Source: a virus. From it: a DNA stretch of 64,000 nucleotides. The notes beneath the pieces were generated by a model, which worked only from the letters and a program-made list of their open reading frames with translations, was not told the origin of the DNA and did not search any database. Shown here in pieces: positions 9,414 to 17,864 of this stretch; position 1 is the stretch's first letter; every line of letters begins with the position of its first letter. The position numbers and the translations under genes are program-made. The DNA lies in IMG/VR virus record IMGVR_UViG_3300010399_000034, positions 22,807 to 86,806 of that record. One strand, written 5' to 3'.

Positions 9414-9652
9414 CACTCGCGTCTCCGCTCTTGCCGCTCCTGGTAGCGGACCGACGACTTGTAGTCCTCGATGTCCATCACGTTGCCGCTGTAGCACGCA
9501 CCGAGCGCCTCTGGATTGAGCTCGTAGCCGGGGCAGCTCGAGAGGAGCTCGCCCTCGGCGGCGCGACAGACCGTGCAGAGCGCGAGCCCTCCGGCGCAGA
9601 TGTGGCAGCGCTCGCTGTCGCAGGCGTGGAAGTTGTGCTTGATGCCGCTCAT
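9413..9652 (-). CDS. Cys-rich hypothetical phage protein
   Basis: CHICAGGLALCTVCRAAEGEL..CPG. Confidence 0.6.
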   Translation of the reverse strand: MSGIKHNFHACDSERCHICAGGLALCTVCRAAEGELLSSCPGYELNPEALGACYSGNVMDIEDYKSSVRYQERQERRRE

Positions 9653-9975
9653 TCGCGGACCTCCCACGTCGAGAGCCCGATCGCATCGCATTCGGCTTGC
9701 GTCAGGTGATGCCACCTGACGAGCGTTTCGATCGACTCTTCGGTTGTCATCTGCGCGTCGTCGGCATGCGCACCAGGCCTTTCGAACTGCCGGCCGACGT
9801 TGACCGCTACTTCGATCTCGTATTCGAGGAGCTGCCTCTCGGCTTCGTCCAAAGCTCGAAAACTCGCGTGTGAAACGATCCAGCGCGTGTGAAGGCCAAT
9901 CCACTCGCGTGGCGTCACTCGAAGAACTACGTACTTGTCGCGATCGTCGAACAGGTAGCTGCGTACGAGTTTCAT
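9649..9975 (-). CDS. Hypothetical protein
   Basis: ATGA-coupled ORF starting MKLVRSY. Confidence 0.5.
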   Translation of the reverse strand: MKLVRSYLFDDRDKYVVLRVTPREWIGLHTRWIVSHASFRALDEAERQLLEYEIEVAVNVGRQFERPGAHADDAQMTTEESIETLVRWHHLTQAECDAIGLSTWEVRE

Positions 9976-10367
9976 TGACACACCGTCGGCAAGCAGTAGA
10001 TCGCAGCGTCGTTGTGGAACTCCTCGCACGAGTTGACGTCGAGGCTTGCGAAGCAGCGCTCAAGCTCCTCTTCGTCACACGTGCCGCGCACCCATGGGCA
10101 GCTCGGCATCGGACAGCCAGGCTCGATCGAGCCGTCGAGCACGCCGACGTTCCACTCGAGCGTGAACTCGTTGCAGGCTTGTGCGGCTGTAGTCTGCTGC
10201 TCGGCCGGCGCGCACGAGCTCGAGAGGATCGCGATCACGATTGCGAGAACTAGGATCCCGAGCGCGTAGAGGCAGCCCGTCGTATTGATCACGACATGAC
10301 GCTTGGCGCCCTCCGCGTTCGTCATTGTGAACGTTACTTCGAACAACGGCTTCTTCTCGTCGCTCAT
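9972..10367 (-). CDS. Cys-rich membrane/lipoprotein
   Basis: TM segment ending LSSSC, followed by 8 Cys. Confidence 0.55.
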   Translation of the reverse strand: MSDEKKPLFEVTFTMTNAEGAKRHVVINTTGCLYALGILVLAIVIAILSSSCAPAEQQTTAAQACNEFTLEWNVGVLDGSIEPGCPMPSCPWVRGTCDEEELERCFASLDVNSCEEFHNDAAIYCLPTVCQ

Positions 10368-10729
10368 GGCTTTGAGCCCTCCCCGCGGATCTCTACGTAC
10401 GCTTCGAGCGCAGCGAGGACTTCAGCTTTCGCGGCGCGAAAGATCGTATAGCTTTCTGGGCGGGACCTGTGCGGTCCGACATTGAAGAGTGCCGCAACAG
10501 CGTCCGCGAGCTTGTCGGCCGCTTCGAGTTGCTCCGTCGGCCAGTCGATCGGCTCGTCGTCTTCGATTCGACGCCCGAACGCTGCCTCAGCGACCGTTTG
10601 TTCGGTCATCTCGGACAGCCACTTGCGGAGCGCAGGGAACGCGTTGAAGAACTCTTCGCGAAGAGCAGCTCGCGTCGCTTCTCGCGAAACTCCGAACCCA
10701 CCGAAGGGCTTCTTCTCATCATCGGCCAT
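10364..10729 (-). CDS. Hypothetical protein (PolA-fingers-like segment plus LEAAD helix)
   Basis: AAAGG RBS; FFNAFPALRKW...FGRRI. Confidence 0.6.
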   Translation of the reverse strand: MADDEKKPFGGFGVSREATRAALREEFFNAFPALRKWLSEMTEQTVAEAAFGRRIEDDEPIDWPTEQLEAADKLADAVAALFNVGPHRSRPESYTIFRAAKAEVLAALEAYVEIRGEGSKP

Positions 10730-10750
10730 TGCTTATGCCTTTCGTTAGTT

Positions 10751-10771
10751 CCCCCAAAGCCATAGCTCCAA
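10751..10771. repeat. 21-bp exact inverted copy of 30967..30987
   Basis: cccccaaagccatagctccaa is the reverse complement of ttggagctatggctttggggg. Confidence 0.95.
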
Positions 10772-10780
10772 ACCCGCGCC

Positions 10781-11014
10781 TCATCGTGGCCCCTCGTCCG
10801 TCGGCGGCATCTCGAGCGGGCTCACCGTCACACCCTCGATCCAACCGGCCTCTCGCACGAAGTCCCGTACGATCCTACGCCAAGGATTCGGCTTGATCTG
10901 CCCGCGCATTCGAAAGCAGCTCGCGCAGAGCTTATAGCCTTCGAAGAAGCCCGCCGGTTTGCCGTTCATTTGCCCAAGGCAGCATTGACATTGATGCCGC
11001 TTCCGCTTCTTCAC
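10781..11014 (-). CDS. Small Zn-finger protein
   Basis: CQCC...LCASC. Confidence 0.5.
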   Translation of the reverse strand: MKKRKRHQCQCCLGQMNGKPAGFFEGYKLCASCFRMRGQIKPNPWRRIVRDFVREAGWIEGVTVSPLEMPPTDEGPR

Positions 11015-11023
11015 GTCGGTGGC

Positions 11024-11302
11024 TCAGAAGCGGAGGTCCATCGCCCTGACAGCTCGGATCTTGATCTCGGCATCCGCGACCTCGCCGCCAATGAAGCCGA
11101 ACTGTCGGATAGCGCTCTCGAGCGTGTCGGCCGCGTCGATGCCGCAACGTGCGCAGGCGTGCACCAGTGCTTCCATGAGTGGGCGTGTCTCTCGGTCGTG
11201 CTGTGCGAGCAGGTACGCTGTGCCGATGATGCCACAGTAGTAGGCCTGCTGTTCGCGCTTCACATCTTCGTTCGAACCTTCGATCACGTTTAGCTTGTCC
11301 AT
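11024..11302 (-). CDS. Hypothetical protein
   Basis: GAGGGTG RBS; starts MDKLNV. Confidence 0.55.
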   Translation of the reverse strand: MDKLNVIEGSNEDVKREQQAYYCGIIGTAYLLAQHDRETRPLMEALVHACARCGIDAADTLESAIRQFGFIGGEVADAEIKIRAVRAMDLRF

Positions 11303-11426
11303 TTCACCCTCTCTTGTTGTTAGGACAGGATCTCGATCAGCATGCGGACGATTGCGACCTTGGCGACGTCGAAGTAGCCGCGGGAGGCTGCAAGCACTGC
11401 GATGCTGCGCCAGTATTGCATGTTGT

Positions 11427-11831
11427 TCATGTGTCATCGCTGCACGGTGGGAGCCCGAGGACGCTGCGGACTTGTTCACGATCGCGCGGTTGTTCTTTCC
11501 ACGAACGGGTTCGACTTGCGCGGTGGTGCTCGATGAACTCCTTGAACGAGCCGAAGACGAGCGCGCGATCGGGCTCGACCTTCGGTGCGTCTTTGAAGCG
11601 TGGAAGCTTCAGGACGTTGCGCGCGAGGATCAGCGAGCCGATGCAGTGCTCGCCGCGCTCGCGGCTCTCCCACTTCGTGAGCCACTCCGGATCTTCGTAG
11701 TCGATCGACTCGTGGCACGGGAGCGCTTCGTCACGTGCGATCGAGAGTGCGAACTCTTCGGGCATGGCTGCGCCGAGCCAGCCTGGCAACGACGTCCGGC
11801 GGAACGGGCAACTCCTGCAAGGCTTCTTCAT
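11427..11831 (-). CDS. Conserved Cys-rich phage protein (DUF6283-like)
   Basis: KKPCRSCPFRRTSLPGWLG...PCH...HCIG. Confidence 0.65.
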   Translation of the reverse strand: MKKPCRSCPFRRTSLPGWLGAAMPEEFALSIARDEALPCHESIDYEDPEWLTKWESRERGEHCIGSLILARNVLKLPRFKDAPKVEPDRALVFGSFKEFIEHHRASRTRSWKEQPRDREQVRSVLGLPPCSDDT

Positions 11832-12736
11832 GTCTCGAACTTCGAGAGCTTGCGGACGCCGTCCGTGTCGTAGCCGAGCTCGCGCAACGTAGAGATGAGG
11901 CCGCGGACCTGCTTGGCGCGGCTCTCTTCGCCGAGGACCCAATGAAGGAGCGCCCGCGCGTCGTTCGAGAGTCCACCGAGGAAGTCCTCGTTCTCGGCGA
12001 GCTTGCGCAGGACGGCGGTCCCCGGGCGCGCTGCACGGACCTCGCCCGTGGCGTGTCCATTCCCGTTGCTCTTGCGCATCTTCGTCTGGCGCTTCGCTTC
12101 TTCGACGGTGACGCCGAGCGTGGCGTACTCCTCAGCCTTCTCGCGCTGCTGTTCGCGTGGCAGATCGCGCAGGGTCATGGCGGCGGTCTGCGAGAGCCGG
12201 CGGTCGTGAACGAGGCGCTGTACCTGATCGTCGAGGTCGAGCAGGTTGAGCAGCGTCTTCACGCTCGGAAGCGGCAGACCCATCGTGACCGCTACGTCCT
12301 CTTCGGACCGCCCGAGATCGAGGTAGCGCTGCGCCTTGCGCGCCCGGATGATCGGCGAGTCGTCGACCCTGTTTTCGTTCTCGGCGAGCGTGATCCCGAA
12401 CGCGTCGCCGTCGCTCGTCCGCTTCACCATGCACGGGACCTTGATCGGCTCGCCGCCGGCTGCGACGAGGCGTTTGTTCGCTTCGCGTGCTCCGCGGACG
12501 CGTTGGCGGCCTGCGATGACCTCGACCTGTTCCCCGTTCTTGCGAACGAGCACCGGCTCGAGCACGCCATAGCACATGATGTTCTTGACCCACTCTTCGG
12601 TGAGTCCGAGATGGATCCGCTCGTCGTAGAGCGGGTGTTCGCGCCCATCTTTCGTGTCGAGCCCAACGATCGTCAGGTCGTCCGGGTCCATGCCGAACGC
12701 ATTGAGCCTCGAGCCCTCGAGTGCCTGCTTAGCCAT
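11828..12736 (-). CDS. ParB/Srx-like nuclease-domain protein with HTH
   Basis: GVLEPVLVR, VIAGRQRVRGA, ENENR motifs. Confidence 0.85.
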   Translation of the reverse strand: MAKQALEGSRLNAFGMDPDDLTIVGLDTKDGREHPLYDERIHLGLTEEWVKNIMCYGVLEPVLVRKNGEQVEVIAGRQRVRGAREANKRLVAAGGEPIKVPCMVKRTSDGDAFGITLAENENRVDDSPIIRARKAQRYLDLGRSEEDVAVTMGLPLPSVKTLLNLLDLDDQVQRLVHDRRLSQTAAMTLRDLPREQQREKAEEYATLGVTVEEAKRQTKMRKSNGNGHATGEVRAARPGTAVLRKLAENEDFLGGLSNDARALLHWVLGEESRAKQVRGLISTLRELGYDTDGVRKLSKFET

Positions 12737-12760
12737 TGTTCACCACCCTTCTTTCAACGA

Positions 12761-12923
12761 TCCCGCCCGGCCGAGTCGAACGGCCGATCCGCGTCTCACA
12801 TGTGCTCTCGCTCTTTCATTACGGGGTGCCTGGCTGGCTGCCCCGTTCGAGGTGCCCGCTAGACGGCGCCGCACAGTCGATGAATGCGAGGGCGCGCTTA
12901 TACGCGGCGAACCCACGGCGGGT
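12761..12923 (-). ncRNA. tRNA-like (tmRNA-TLD-like) structured RNA with a large internal domain
   Basis: Acceptor-like CCCGCC/GGCGGG; loop GTGGGTTCG; helix CCGCGT/ACGCGG; T-arm CGGCCG-TTCGACT-CGGCCG; fills the intergenic gap. Confidence 0.6.
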
Positions 12924-12927
12924 AGTT

Positions 12928-13227
12928 CTAACGCTTGTTCAATCGACGCTGCTCGACCCCTTCATAGATGTTCAATCGACGCTGCTCCTCGAGCATTGCC
13001 CGGCGCTCCGTTTCGATCTTGTTGAGGTCGATCTCGAAGTAGCGCGAAAGGATTGTCTCGACCCCTTCATAGATGCGTTCGTACTCTGCGCGCTGGTCAT
13101 TCCAGCGACACAGCCTGATGGCTTCTTCCTGCGCTTCCAACCAATCGAGGAACGCACCGATCTTCTGCGAGTCGTCTTTGATCGCGTGCAAGCGCGTGTG
13201 CTCCGGGTACGGGTCGTTGTCGGGCAT
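12928..13227 (-). CDS. Hypothetical phage protein
   Basis: YPEH.RL...SQKIGAFLDWL...YFEIDL.KIE.ERR. Confidence 0.65.
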   Translation of the reverse strand: MPDNDPYPEHTRLHAIKDDSQKIGAFLDWLEAQEEAIRLCRWNDQRAEYERIYEGVETILSRYFEIDLNKIETERRAMLEEQRRLNIYEGVEQRRLNKR

Positions 13228-13229
13228 CG

Positions 13230-13571
13230 CTACTCGTCCTCCTCGTCCATCACGTCCATTGCGTGGTCCGCTGCGAGGCGGCGTGCTGCTTGGAGATGAA
13301 TCGACGCCTTCTTGATGATCTCGCGTTGTCCTTCCACCGAGGACCGGCCCGCCTCGCCGGAGTCGACACACGGCGTAAGGAGCGCGATGTCTACCATCCA
13401 GACGAAACCGTCGCGTGCCTTTACCCAGGCCTTCGGTCCGGTGACGTCTTGGACCAACGCACGCGCCGTGAGCGATCCTCGCGGCGCCCAGACGTAATCG
13501 CCCTTCTGCACGTTCGCCACTTCCGGCGCCCTGAACGGCGGACGCTTCCCACTCGAGTCGATCACGATCAC
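13230..13571 (-). CDS. Hypothetical protein (KOW/SH3-like N-terminal half)
   Basis: GAAAGGG RBS; VQKGDYVW; start approximate. Confidence 0.45.
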   Translation of the reverse strand: MIVIDSSGKRPPFRAPEVANVQKGDYVWAPRGSLTARALVQDVTGPKAWVKARDGFVWMVDIALLTPCVDSGEAGRSSVEGQREIIKKASIHLQAARRLAADHAMDVMDEEDE

Positions 13572-13587
13572 CACCCTTTCAACGCTC

Positions 13588-13767
13588 TCAGCGTTTGCTC
13601 TTCCGAGGACCACCCTTGCTCTTCTTCCGTTCCTTCCGGCGTCGGAGCGTCTTTGGATTGCCGTTCGCCGGCTTGGTCGAGATCTCGACGGGCGTGCTCT
13701 CGAGGAGCGCATCGAGACCGGCGATGCCCGCATTCAACGGGATGCGAATCCGCGGTACGAGCTTCAT
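13588..13767 (-). CDS. Small basic protein
   Basis: MKLVPRIRIP...RRRKERKKSKGGPRKSKR; ATGA-coupled to the recombinase. Confidence 0.45.
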   Translation of the reverse strand: MKLVPRIRIPLNAGIAGLDALLESTPVEISTKPANGNPKTLRRRKERKKSKGGPRKSKR

Positions 13768-14642
13768 GCGTCCCTCATCTTCTTCCGGACCTGCCGGAGT
13801 AGCTTTGCCGACTCGAGCGCGGCTGCTTCGTCGAGGTAGCCGTCGGTCGTCTCGGGCGAGTCGTGGTTCAAGATCTTCTGAACAGCGAACCTGTTACCAG
13901 AGATCATGCCTGCTTGCAATGCTACGGTGCGACGAAGCCGATGCAAATAGATTCTGTCCTCGATGCCCGCAGCGGCCGCGAGCTCGTGAAGCTTGCGCCG
14001 ACAGGCCTGATACGCTGCGCCGTTCGCGGTCCAGTCGTCCGTCTTGCTGACGGCCGTGGCGACGAGCTGACCTTCGCCGAGGCGATCGCGCAGGCGCTTC
14101 CATTCCCGCTTGGCGCCGAGCACCGAATAGACGATCGGCTTACTCCCCTTCACCACGATCCGTGTGATCCCGTCCTCGCGTGCGAATCCGGCATCGATGA
14201 CCCCAGCGTCGGTCCGCAGCACGTCCGAGACGCGCAGAGCCGAGCTGCACATCACGTCGATCACCCGGCCGGCCGTCGTCTCGTCTGCCTCTACGAGTCG
14301 AAGGAACGGCCTCCACAGCTCGATCGGGATGGACACGGCCTCCTTGAGCCGCTTGGGCTCCTTGCGCCTCTTCCTCTTGCGGTGCGACGCCGGCTCGGGC
14401 GGGAGCTCGGCGGGCGGTGGAAGCCTGTTCCGGCGCCCCTCAGATTCGCAGAAGTCGGCCCAGAGGGCCCACGCCCAGCGGTAGTCACGCAGGCGCTTGC
14501 GGAGCATTTGCGAGGCCGGCGGGCTCGTCCCGTGGTCGCGCATCGTCCTCACGTCGTTCGCAGCCTTCCGCGCCGAGGTGATCGCCAGCTTCTCGCGATC
14601 GATCATCCACGCACGAAAGCGGTCGAGTGCTTCGGCGTTCAC
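13764..14642 (-). CDS. Tyrosine recombinase/integrase
   Basis: Catalytic R (ALRVSD), K (VKGSK), HxxR (HRLRRT), H and Y (LNHDSPETTDGY); GTG start overlaps the upstream stop. Confidence 0.9.
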   Translation of the reverse strand: MNAEALDRFRAWMIDREKLAITSARKAANDVRTMRDHGTSPPASQMLRKRLRDYRWAWALWADFCESEGRRNRLPPPAELPPEPASHRKRKRRKEPKRLKEAVSIPIELWRPFLRLVEADETTAGRVIDVMCSSALRVSDVLRTDAGVIDAGFAREDGITRIVVKGSKPIVYSVLGAKREWKRLRDRLGEGQLVATAVSKTDDWTANGAAYQACRRKLHELAAAAGIEDRIYLHRLRRTVALQAGMISGNRFAVQKILNHDSPETTDGYLDEAAALESAKLLRQVRKKMRDA

Positions 14643-15130
14643 TTGGCCCTCGTGTATTCGTGGCCGCTCTCGGTGAGCTGCCAGATGCTTCCACCGCGAT
14701 ACGCGCCAACGGAGAATGCGAGATCGCGACGTTTGAGCGCGTACAACGTCGCGTGGTGAAACGACCGCACCGATCCGCCGTGATCGATCGCGCGAAGGCA
14801 CGCGAGCTGCACCTTGTTCAGGCGCCACTGGCGCGGGCGTGGACTCCGGATCTCGACGACGCGCTTGGTGATCGAAGGCCCCATGCAGCAAAGCCGAGCT
14901 CGGCCGAAGAACGAATCGTTCAGCGCGCACGTGCGGATCGCCGTCGCCGCGTTCTTCTGTTGCGCCCAAAGCAGCGCGCAGCGGACATGGAACGTCCAGC
15001 ACCCGAGCTGCACCGGGTTGAATGCGAGCTTCTTACAGCGATCGCACGGCACCATCTTGCGGACTTCGTGCGATGTCTTCGGGCGATCGCATCGGCACGG
15101 CCCTTCTTTGATTTTGAGCTTGGGCATCAC
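14639..15130 (-). CDS. Hypothetical protein, Cys-rich N-terminus plus wHTH-like C-terminus
   Basis: CRC..CDRC; TLYALKRRDL...WQLTESG. Confidence 0.5.
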   Translation of the reverse strand: MMPKLKIKEGPCRCDRPKTSHEVRKMVPCDRCKKLAFNPVQLGCWTFHVRCALLWAQQKNAATAIRTCALNDSFFGRARLCCMGPSITKRVVEIRSPRPRQWRLNKVQLACLRAIDHGGSVRSFHHATLYALKRRDLAFSVGAYRGGSIWQLTESGHEYTRAK

Positions 15131-15480
15131 GCTGGCTCCAAATGCACGCGGTTAGGTCCGGGTGTATGCGTCGCGTCCGGGTAGACTTCGAACAGGCGAT
15201 CGGCGAGCTCGATGTCTCGCACGCTGCCAGTGCTCTGCCGCCAATGGAACGGTTCCGGTGAGAGCACAACGCGGATAGGCTTCGCATCGAGGCCCGCAGC
15301 GGCGCGCCACTTCTCGGCGTCACGCACCGTCTTGAAGACGTATTCGCAGCTCCCGTTCGGGCGAGCGCGCCAAACGATGTAGCCGCGGTGCGGCTCCGGC
15401 GCCGACGCGCCTTCGCATCGATCGCAGACCGACGAGAGCAGGAGCTCTACCATCGGCTCTTTGCATGTGGGGCAGATCAC
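15127..15480 (-). CDS. Zn-ribbon protein
   Basis: ICPTCKEPMVELLLSSVCDRC. Confidence 0.6.
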   Translation of the reverse strand: MICPTCKEPMVELLLSSVCDRCEGASAPEPHRGYIVWRARPNGSCEYVFKTVRDAEKWRAAAGLDAKPIRVVLSPEPFHWRQSTGSVRDIELADRLFEVYPDATHTPGPNRVHLEPA

Positions 15481-15704
15481 GGTGCGCCCTTCTTCGCTTT
15501 GCGCTTCGCGCACATCGTTGCCGCATCGAAGCGGAGTTTGCGCGCCATCGTTTCGTGCTTCTCGGCACTCGCAATCTTCACGCAGATGGAGCACGACTTT
15601 GGGCGGTAGACGCCGTCGGCGTGCATCCACACGCTTCGATGTGCGATGTGTCCGCAGCGCGGACAGGCGTGCTTTACCTTCGCCATTTGCGCGACGCCGC
15701 TCAC
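15477..15704 (-). CDS. Small Zn-finger protein
   Basis: CPRCGH...CSIC. Confidence 0.5.
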   Translation of the reverse strand: MSGVAQMAKVKHACPRCGHIAHRSVWMHADGVYRPKSCSICVKIASAEKHETMARKLRFDAATMCAKRKAKKGAP

Positions 15705-15943
15705 GCCCCGTCGTCCTCGTTCGTATGCTCGAGGAAGCGCGCTCGATCAGCGCTCTTGCGAATCTGCTCGCGCAGGCTCTTCAGCTCTTCGAGATCGAGC
15801 GACCACTCGAGCAAGATCGGCGTGAGCAGATTCGTGATCGCCCCGCGGATTGCGGGCGTATGAAAGTCGATTCCGTGCGCCTCGCATTGCCGCTCCGCTG
15901 CGGCGAGCGCCTCATCCCGGCTCATCATGATCACCACCTCCAT
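15701..15943 (-). CDS. Hypothetical protein
   Basis: Coupled ORF. Confidence 0.5.
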   Translation of the reverse strand: MEVVIMMSRDEALAAAERQCEAHGIDFHTPAIRGAITNLLTPILLEWSLDLEELKSLREQIRKSADRARFLEHTNEDDGA

Positions 15944-15982
15944 GCGATCCGCGAGCGTTCGCGGATCGGAGCAGGCTGCGAT

Positions 15983-16567
15983 CTACTTCAGAAGATGCAG
16001 GAGCGCGCCGATCTTCTCGGCACGCTCACGCGCCTGCGCTGCGCGCTTGCTCGCGTTGCCGTTGGCGTATTCGGACAGGTGGCGCAGGATGTGCCCGACG
16101 ATCGGGTTGATCTCGTATTCGCTTGCGACTTCCTGGATCGTGAGCTCACGCTCGGACGACTCCCACGCGGAGATCGATCCTTGCCAGCGCGACCACGATC
16201 CCGTGTATTCGAGCTCTACGAAACTGCCGTCATCGCGAATGAAGAGATCGGTACCCTCGTACGCCCCGCTGTTGGAACGCGGATTGTCCTCGATCGCGCC
16301 GGGCCATTTGTCCGAGACGCACATGCCACGCCACGCGGCACGCTTGCTGCTCTCGCGTTGCGAGTCCGTCGCTAGGCCCGTGCAGCGATATTCGATCTTC
16401 GGCCGACTACACAACGCCGGTAGCGCTCCGCCGAGCTTGGCGATGACCGCTTCGAGTAAGAGCGCATCCGCTTTGTTCTCTTCGGCGATCGCGCTCACGA
16501 GCGCGACGTGCTGCGCCTCGACCGTCTTTGCAAGCGTCTCGATCTGATTCAACGTTTCGGTTTCCAT
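15983..16567 (-). CDS. Hypothetical early protein
   Basis: Strong GAGGAGG RBS. Confidence 0.7.
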   Translation of the reverse strand: METETLNQIETLAKTVEAQHVALVSAIAEENKADALLLEAVIAKLGGALPALCSRPKIEYRCTGLATDSQRESSKRAAWRGMCVSDKWPGAIEDNPRSNSGAYEGTDLFIRDDGSFVELEYTGSWSRWQGSISAWESSERELTIQEVASEYEINPIVGHILRHLSEYANGNASKRAAQARERAEKIGALLHLLK

Positions 16568-16614
16568 GGTGTCCTCCTCGAACGAATGCCGCGGCTCCTC
16601 ACCGTGGCAAGCGC

Positions 16615-16670
16615 TTGATCTGCGCTCGGACAGCGCTCTCGCGTGAGAGCACCTACCGGCCGAAGATCAA
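16615..16670 (-). repeat. Intergenic conserved hairpin, copy A
   Basis: TTGATCT-TC-GGCCGGTAG-[GTGCTCTC/GAGAGCGC]-TGTCCGAGCG-C-AGATCAA. Confidence 0.85.
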
Positions 16671-16915
16671 TCCTGTCGAGCGGCCTCCCGCCACTGGTAG
16701 CGCTGCGTTGCTTCGTTGACCTCGAGTGCCGCATTGATGAGCTCGCTCATCGTATAGGTCCGTTGAAACCGATACGGCAGCGCATCGTCGAGCCGTCGCT
16801 CGGCTTGATCCGTTTCGCCCCAACCACCCTCAGGGCAGCCTACGAAGCTTCCGAGAGCTCGACGGATGTTCGGGTTGTTGAGCGCTTGATTGAGCGTCTG
16901 TTTCTTCTCGGACAT
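16667..16915 (-). CDS. Hypothetical protein
   Basis: AAAGGGGGAG RBS; starts MSEKKQ. Confidence 0.6.
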   Translation of the reverse strand: MSEKKQTLNQALNNPNIRRALGSFVGCPEGGWGETDQAERRLDDALPYRFQRTYTMSELINAALEVNEATQRYQWREAARQD

Positions 16916-16926
16916 CGCTCCCCCTT

Positions 16927-17310
16927 TCACTCGCACGCTTCGGTGCACTCCGGCGATTCCAAGATCGCGCGGACGTTGACACAGTTGTCGCCCTGCTCCG
17001 CGAGCTCGCGTGCGCAGAACGCCACCGCTTCCGCATTGCAGACTCCGGCGAACGGGCACGCGACATCGCACTCGTTCGCGACCATTTCGCATGCCTCGGC
17101 CGTGTCGATCGTCTCGGGGCCCGCGTCGAGCGCCTGCCCGGCGTCCGCGCCCGAGTCGCAGTCGTGAAGGCACGTGATCGGATGCCCGTCGATCGGTTCG
17201 AGTTGCCCGGCGTCGTTCACGAGCTCGGGGCCCGCATCCGTTTCGGCAGGAACGTGACACACGCCGCATCCGCCGAGCATGAGCACGCACGCAATCAAGA
17301 GTCGTCGCAT
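16927..17310 (-). CDS. Cys-rich lipoprotein with DAG repeats
   Basis: MRRLLIACVLMLGGC lipobox; DAG repeats typical of myxobacterial lipoproteins. Confidence 0.7.
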   Translation of the reverse strand: MRRLLIACVLMLGGCGVCHVPAETDAGPELVNDAGQLEPIDGHPITCLHDCDSGADAGQALDAGPETIDTAEACEMVANECDVACPFAGVCNAEAVAFCARELAEQGDNCVNVRAILESPECTEACE

Positions 17311-17324
17311 TTGGAAACCTCCCA

Positions 17325-17410
17325 TGGAGCGCCCGGGGGCTCGAACCCCGGACACAGGACTCAGCATGCGATCTTCGCCGCAGCAGCCTGCATGCACCAA
17401 CGTGCGCCCC
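17325..17410 (-). ncRNA. tRNA-like RNA with alanine identity elements (mini tmRNA-TLD-like)
   Basis: GGGGCGC/GCGCTCC-A acceptor with G3.U70; 13-nt unpaired D region; long hairpin replacing the anticodon arm; CCGGGG-TTCGAGC-CCCCGG T-arm. Confidence 0.7.
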
Positions 17411-17416
17411 GAAGAA

Positions 17417-17845
17417 TCAGCCTAGCCATTCATGCTTGAGGCTATACCCTCGCGCGTAGCACTCCGGCGTAGGCTTGTTGGCAGCCTTGAAGCTCCCGGA
17501 CGTGGTCCGCTCCTCTCCACCGCCTTTCGATTCCGGATGAAGCGTCAGGCTCAGCTCGTGAACGAGCGCAAAGCCCATATCCATGCCGCACCCACTGATG
17601 CCCACAGCTTCGCGTCGTTCGTCGAATCGATATCCGAGCGCCTTAGCTACGTTGTAGCTGAGCCACAAATGATCGATGCGGCCCTCATCTCCACACTTGA
17701 ACACGTAGAGATCGATCGCGCGGTACATGCCCGAGCGAGCGACGTGCCGAAGGACGCACGTCACGACGGATCCGGGCGGAAGAATCTCCCGCAAGCGCTC
17801 GATCGCCTCTTGCCGCTCCGCTTCTTTCTCTTTCTTGCTCGCCAC
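17417..17845 (-). CDS. Conserved hypothetical phage early protein
   Basis: LPPGSVV..VLRHVARSGMYR.I, ISGCGMDMGF, YSLKHEW. Confidence 0.75.
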   Translation of the reverse strand: MASKKEKEAERQEAIERLREILPPGSVVTCVLRHVARSGMYRAIDLYVFKCGDEGRIDHLWLSYNVAKALGYRFDERREAVGISGCGMDMGFALVHELSLTLHPESKGGGEERTTSGSFKAANKPTPECYARGYSLKHEWLG

Positions 17846-17864
17846 GATTTCCACCCTTTCAGCG

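Noticed and set aside
14643-15002. N-terminal extension of the recombinase (412-aa ORF in the track)
   Set aside because: It overlaps gene 14639..15130; the GTG at 14642 with stop/start coupling is the more plausible start.
17325-17410. Canonical tRNA-Ala or full tmRNA
   Set aside because: There is no D-stem, no 7-nt anticodon loop and a 6-bp T-stem, and it is too short to hold a tag reading frame. Kept as a tRNA-like ncRNA.
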